This document shows, piece after piece, positions 59,053 to 64,000 of a stretch of DNA of 64,000 nucleotides. The position numbers were made by a program, and so were the translations under genes. The notes under the pieces are model-generated. The model was not told the DNA's origin. It did no database searches and worked only from the letters and a program-made list of their open reading frames with translations. The DNA is from the human T2T-CHM13v2.0 reference genome, Homo sapiens, in NCBI RefSeq assembly GCF_009914755.1, contig NC_060927.1, one strand, 5' to 3'. Numbering within the stretch: the stretch's first letter is position 1; each line of letters begins with the position of its first letter.

Positions 59053-59690
59053 CAACTTTATTAAGAGATAGTGAATGATATGGTTTGGCTCTGTGTCCCC
59101 ACCCAATTCTCATGTCAAAATGTAATCCTCAAAATTGGGGGTAGGGCCTGGTGGGAGGTAATTGGATCATGAGAGGTCCTTCATGAATGGTGTAGTACCA
59201 TCTCCTGGTGTTGTTTTCATGATAGTGAGAGAGTTCTCATGAGATCTGGTTGTTTAAAAGTATTTAGCATCTCTCCCTTCTCCTCTTGCTCCTGTTCTGG
59301 CAATGTAAGATGACTGTAATTCCTCTTTGACTTCCGCCATGATTGGAAGCTTCCTGAGACCTCCCCAGAAGCAGAAACCGCTATACTTCCTATACAGCCT
59401 GCAGAACCATGAGGCAATTCAACTTCTTCCTGATGAATTATCCAGTCTCAGGTATTTCTATATAGCAGTATGAGAACAAACTAATACTGTGGATAAACAA
59501 AAATTGTATATATTTATGGTGCACAACATGACATTTTAATATATGTATATAGAAGTTTTGAAATGATTAAAATAAGCTAATAAACGTATCCATCACCTTA
59601 CATAGTTATCTTTTTTTGTGGTGAGAGTATTTAAGATCTACCCTCTTAGCAATTTACATGTATGCAACATATTATTGTTAACTATATTCT
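59053..59690 (-). mobile_element. L1MA-like 3' end, split by an MST LTR
   Basis: AACTTTATT...|LTR|...AAATTGTATATATTTATGGTGCACAACATG...TATCCATCACCTTACATAGTTATC. Confidence 0.75.
59076..59488 (+). mobile_element. MST (MSTA-like) solo LTR
   Basis: TGATATGGTTTGGCTCTGTGTCCCCACCCAA...GAGAACAAACTAATACT; TSD GTGAA/GTGGA. Confidence 0.88.
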
Positions 59691-60477
59691 GGATCTTGTC
59701 TTCTTATACACTCTGAAAATCTCTGCCTTTAATTAAAATGTTTAGACCATTAATACACAATGTAATCATTTGTTTGGTGGGAATTGGGTCTATTTTCTTA
59801 GATTTCTCTATTTGTTCCCTTCCATTTTTGTCCCTCTGCTCCTCTTTTCTTAACTTCTTTTTGGGTATTTGAAATATTTTTATTACTTTATTTTAACCCA
59901 TCTCTTGCCTTTTGGCTATAAGTCTTTATATTATTTCTTTATTGTTTTTCCCCAGGAACTAAAATACGTATTCCCAAACTTTCAAATTCCACAATCAGGT
60001 AATATTGTATCACTTTATAAATATATATATATATATATACTATAAAGGTCATTCTAGTTACCTGCTGCAATGTTTCATATTATATTGTCATATATCTTAC
60101 ATTCACATACATTAAACTTCAAAAAGACAATTTTATAATTTTTGCTTTAAATAACCATATATATTTTAAAGAACTTGAAAAGAAAAAAAAGTATTTTATA
60201 ATTACTCAGATATTTACCATATCTGATGTTCTTCTTTTTTTCTATAGAGAATTTTTTTTTTTTTAGGGCAAAAGAAATGGAAAATAAAAGATTATTTGGC
60301 ATGTTTAGCAACATGGAAAAATTAAACAGAGAGATAGTTTACAGGGCTGATGGACAGATGAAGACAGCCTAAGCCAGATATTTAAACTAAAACTGAATGA
60401 CAGGTTAGTGATCATTAAAGCCAGAACAAATAAAATTGTACAATAAGGTGATTTAGCACCAAACAATATTTACATCA

Positions 60478-60590
60478 TTTTATTTGTCCTCTATGGCCAC
60501 GGTAACAAATTCCCACAAATTTGATGGCTCAAATTAACACACATCTTATTCTCTAACTTCTCTGGAAGTCAGAAGTCCAAATCAGTCTCT
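60478..60590 (-). mobile_element. MLT1 LTR fragment, interrupted by L1
   Basis: GTAACAAATTCCCACAAATTTGATGGCT...TTATTCTCT...TCTGGAAGTCAGAAGTCCAAATCAG. Confidence 0.65.
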
Positions 60591-63231
60591 TTTTCTTTTT
60601 TTCCTCTTTTTTAACTTTTATTGTAAGTATAGGGACACATGTGCAGATTTGTTATATAGGTAAACTCATGTCATAGGGGTTTGTACAGATTATTTTGTCA
60701 CACAAGCACTGTGATAAGTCTAATATCCAATAGTTATTTTTTCTGATCCTCTCTCTCCTTGCACCCTCTACCCTTTTAAGTAGGCTCTGGTGTCTATTGT
60801 TCCCTTCTTTGTGTCCATGACTTTTTCCCATTTAGCTTCTACTTATGAGAACATCTGGTATTTGGCTTTCTGTTCCTGCGTTAGTGTGCTAAGGATAACA
60901 ACCTCCAGTTCCATCCATGTTCCTGCAAAAGACATGATCTCATTCTTTTTCATGACAGCATCATATTCCATGATGTGTATGTACCACATTTTCTTTATTC
61001 AATCTGTCATTGAGGGGCATTTAGGTTGATTCCATGTCTTCCTCTTGTTAATAATGCTGCAGTGAACATTGATGTGCATGTGTCTTTATGGTAGAACAAT
61101 TTATATTCCTTTGGGTATATACCCAGGAATGGGATTGCTGGGTCAAACAATAGCTCTGCTTTTAGCTCTTTAAGGAGTCACCACACTCTACAATGGTTGA
61201 ACTAATGTACATTCTCTCCAGCAGTGTATAAGCATTTTCTTTGCTCTGCAACCCTGACTCATCTGTTACTTTTTGACTTTTTGATAGATATTCTGACAGG
61301 TGTGAGATGGTATCCCATTGTGATTTTAATTTGCATTTCTCTAATAATCAGTGAAATTGAGCTTTTTTAATATACTTGTTGGCCACATGTATATCTTCTT
61401 TTGAGAAGTGTCTGTTATGTCCTTTGTTCACTTTTTAATGGAGTTGTTGCTTTTTCTTGAAATTTTAAGTTCCTAATAGATGCTGGTTATTAGACTTTTG
61501 TCAGATGTGTAGTTTGCAAATATTTTCTCCTATTCTGTAGGTTGTCTGTTTACTTTGTTGATAGTTTATTTTGCTGTGCAGAAGCTCTTCAGTTTAATTA
61601 TATTCTATTTGGCAATTTTTGCTTTTTTTTGTGATTGCTCTCAGCATCTTCATCATGATATCTTTGCCCGTGCCTATGTTCAGAATGATATTGCCTAGGT
61701 TGTCTTCCAGGGTTTTTATAATTTTGTCTTTTACATTTAAGTCTTTAGTCCAACTTGAGTTTATTTTTGTATATGGTGTAATGAAGGGGTCCAGTTTCAA
61801 TCTTCTACGTATGACTAGCCAGTTATCCCAGCACCATTTATTGAATAGGGAATCATCTCCCCATTGCTTGTTTTTGTCAGTTTTGTCAAAGATCAGATGG
61901 CTTCAGGTATGTGGCCTTATTTCTGGGTGCTCTATTCTGTTTTATTGTCTATATGTCTGTTTTTGTACCAGTACCATGCTGTTTTGGTTATTGTGGACTT
62001 ACAGTATAGTTTGAAGTCAGGTAATTGGAAGACTCTGGGTTTGTTCTTTTTCTTTAGGATTGTGTTGGCTATTTGAGCTCTTTTTCCCTTCCACATGAGT
62101 TTTTAAATAGTTTTCTCATTCTGTGAAGAATGTAATTGGTAGTTTGATAGGAACAGCATTGAATCTGTAAACTGCTTTGTATAATATGGCCATTCTTTCT
62201 TTCTATGAGCATGAAATGTTTTTCCATTTTTTTGTGTTATCTCTAATTTATTGAGAAATGTTTTGTAATTCTTACTGTAGAGATCTTTCACTTCTCTGAT
62301 TCCTAGCTGTATTCCTAGATATTTTATTATTTTTGTGGCTATTGTGAATGGTGTTGTGTTTCTGATTTGGTTCTCGGCTTGGCTGTTATTGTTGTATAGG
62401 AATGTCAGTGATTTTTTTACATTGACTTTGTATCCTGAAACTTTGCTGAAGTTATCAGCTGAAGGAGTTTTTGGGCCAAGACTATGGGGTTTTCTAGATA
62501 AAGAATCATGTAGGACCATGTAGGACACGCTCATGCGTGTAATCCCATCACTTTGGGAGGCTAAGGCAGGCAGATCACTTGAGCTCAGGAGTTCGAGACC
62601 AGCCTGGCCAACATGGTGAAACCCTGTCTGTACTAAAAATACAAAGATTACCCAGTTGTGGTCGTGTACACCTGTAATCCCAGCTACTTTGGAGGTTGAG
62701 GCAGAAGAATCATTTGAACCCAGGAGGCGGATGTTGCAATGAGCTGAGATTGTGCCACTGCACTTCAGCCTGGGTGATACAGCAAGCCTCTGCTGCAAAA
62801 AAAAAAAAAAAAGTAAAAGATGAATCATGTCATCTGCAAACAAGGATAGTGTGACTTCTTCTCTTCCTATTTGGATGTCTTTTATATCTTTGTCTTACCT
62901 GATTGCTCTGGTCAGGACTTCCAATACTATGTGGAATAGGAATGGTGAGAGATGTCATCCTTGTCTTGTGCCAGTTTACAAGGGGAATGCTTCCAGCTTT
63001 TGCTCATTTAGCACAATGTTGGCTGTATATTTGTCACAGATGACTCTGATTATTTTGAGGTATATTTCTTCAATGCCTTGTTTATTGAGATTTTTTAGCA
63101 TGAAAGGATATTGAATTTTATTGAAAGGCTTTTCTGCATCTATTGAGATAATCATGTGGTTTTTATCTTTAGTTGTTTATGTGATGAATTACATTTATTG
63201 ATTTGCATATGTTAAACCAACCTTGCATCCT
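60591..63231 (-). mobile_element. Older L1PA (L1PA13-16-like), 3'UTR and ORF2
   Basis: Poly(T), antisense 3'UTR (GTTATATAGGTAAACTCATGTCAT), ORF2 peptides [15 protein letters not shown] and FADDMI. Confidence 0.9.
62527..62812 (+). mobile_element. Alu (AluS-type) inside the L1, with altered 5' end
   Basis: Alu body with A-tail; TSD GAATCATGT at 62503-62511 and 62822-62830. Confidence 0.93.
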
Positions 63232-64000
63232 GAAACACCCGACTTCACATTTCTTGGAGATGGAACCCCAGCCCCAAGGGGCAAATGATAGTCGCCCTAC
63301 CACAGCCTCTATAGGAATCTACCCCTGCTACCTTCAGACTAACAATGGAGCAAAGACCCTAAGTGTCTTATCCATACCTCCAACAAGCTGCAGCTGACTC
63401 AAGAAGAGGACGCCAGTCCATTTCCTATGGGTCTCACTCACTCCCTCTGCTCATCACCAGGCAGGGAAACCCCTGGATTATGCCCACAGTACAGACCACC
63501 CACCTTGGGCTGATCGCACTGAACAATTGCTGACCTTCATCTCTTTGGAGTGGAGCCCCCAGGAGACAGGCAGAAGACCCTTAGCCATAACCACTACCAA
63601 AGTCCCTTCCTCTGCTGCCTCCAGGTTGGGGAGGAAATGTAAACCCTGAGATCACCCCAGAGCCATGATGGGCCTCCTAGGAGTACTAAGCCATGATCTA
63701 CAGCCAGAACTCAGCGGGGAGAGGGGCCCATACTTCCAGAGCAATGAGAGCTGAAACTGTGAGGAAATATAGGGGAGCCACGCAACTGAGCAAGAGGCCA
63801 CCTACTGACCACTATGGCTAAGCAGCGCTTCCTGGATAGATAATACCCCAAAGTTTCAACATCAAAAATACCTCACTAACATACATCCCTGTGAAACCAA
63901 AGACAAGAAACAAGCTACAAATAAAGACCCTGCACATAGCCTCAGCTCTGTGAAAACATCCAAAAGAGAAGTCTACTGACTATTCAGTCTATACTGCAGT
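63232..64000 (+). mobile_element. Probable sense-strand 5'UTR of an old L1PA (inverted 5' segment)
   Basis: Abrupt switch from antisense ORF2 to GC-richer sequence that resembles older L1PA 5'UTRs (GGAGTGGAGCCCCCAGGAG...CCCTGTGAAACCAAAGACAAG...AAATAAAGACCCTGCAC). Recalled similarity only. Confidence 0.6.

Noticed and set aside
62103-62843. 246-aa ORF fusing RT FADD to novel sequence
   Set aside because: Chance read-through from degenerate L1 ORF2 into an antisense Alu.

Overview
AT-rich primate (most likely ape) genomic DNA made up mostly of transposable elements. I found no supportable host protein-coding gene, RNA gene or CRISPR array. The main feature is a full-length (~6.0 kb) L1PA3-type LINE-1 at 12530-18546. 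Its YY1 site is intact and it has the short (~906 bp) 5'UTR, but ORF0, ORF1 and ORF2 are each disabled by point mutations or indels. The window also holds two 5'-inverted (twin-primed) L1s with target-site duplications (TSDs), probably a third that runs off the right edge, and two ~185-bp L1 3' stubs. Older L1PB/L1MA/L1MB/L1ME pieces, five Alus, a complete THE1 MaLR element, solo THE1/MST/MLT1/LTR16 LTRs, a heavily deleted HERVL/MLT2A provirus, MER107, MER58 and MIR/L2 relics fill most of the rest. The most unusual signals are local DNA-copying scars. One is a 28-bp piece of an old L1 copied exactly, with a fold-back arm, into a (TA)-type repeat 3.4 kb away, next to a 106-bp perfect palindrome. 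Another is a 167-bp block copied 1039 bp downstream into an L2. A third is a 104-bp tandem duplication. I see no evidence for a new gene system. Subfamily names come from remembered consensus motifs and need RepeatMasker/Dfam confirmation.
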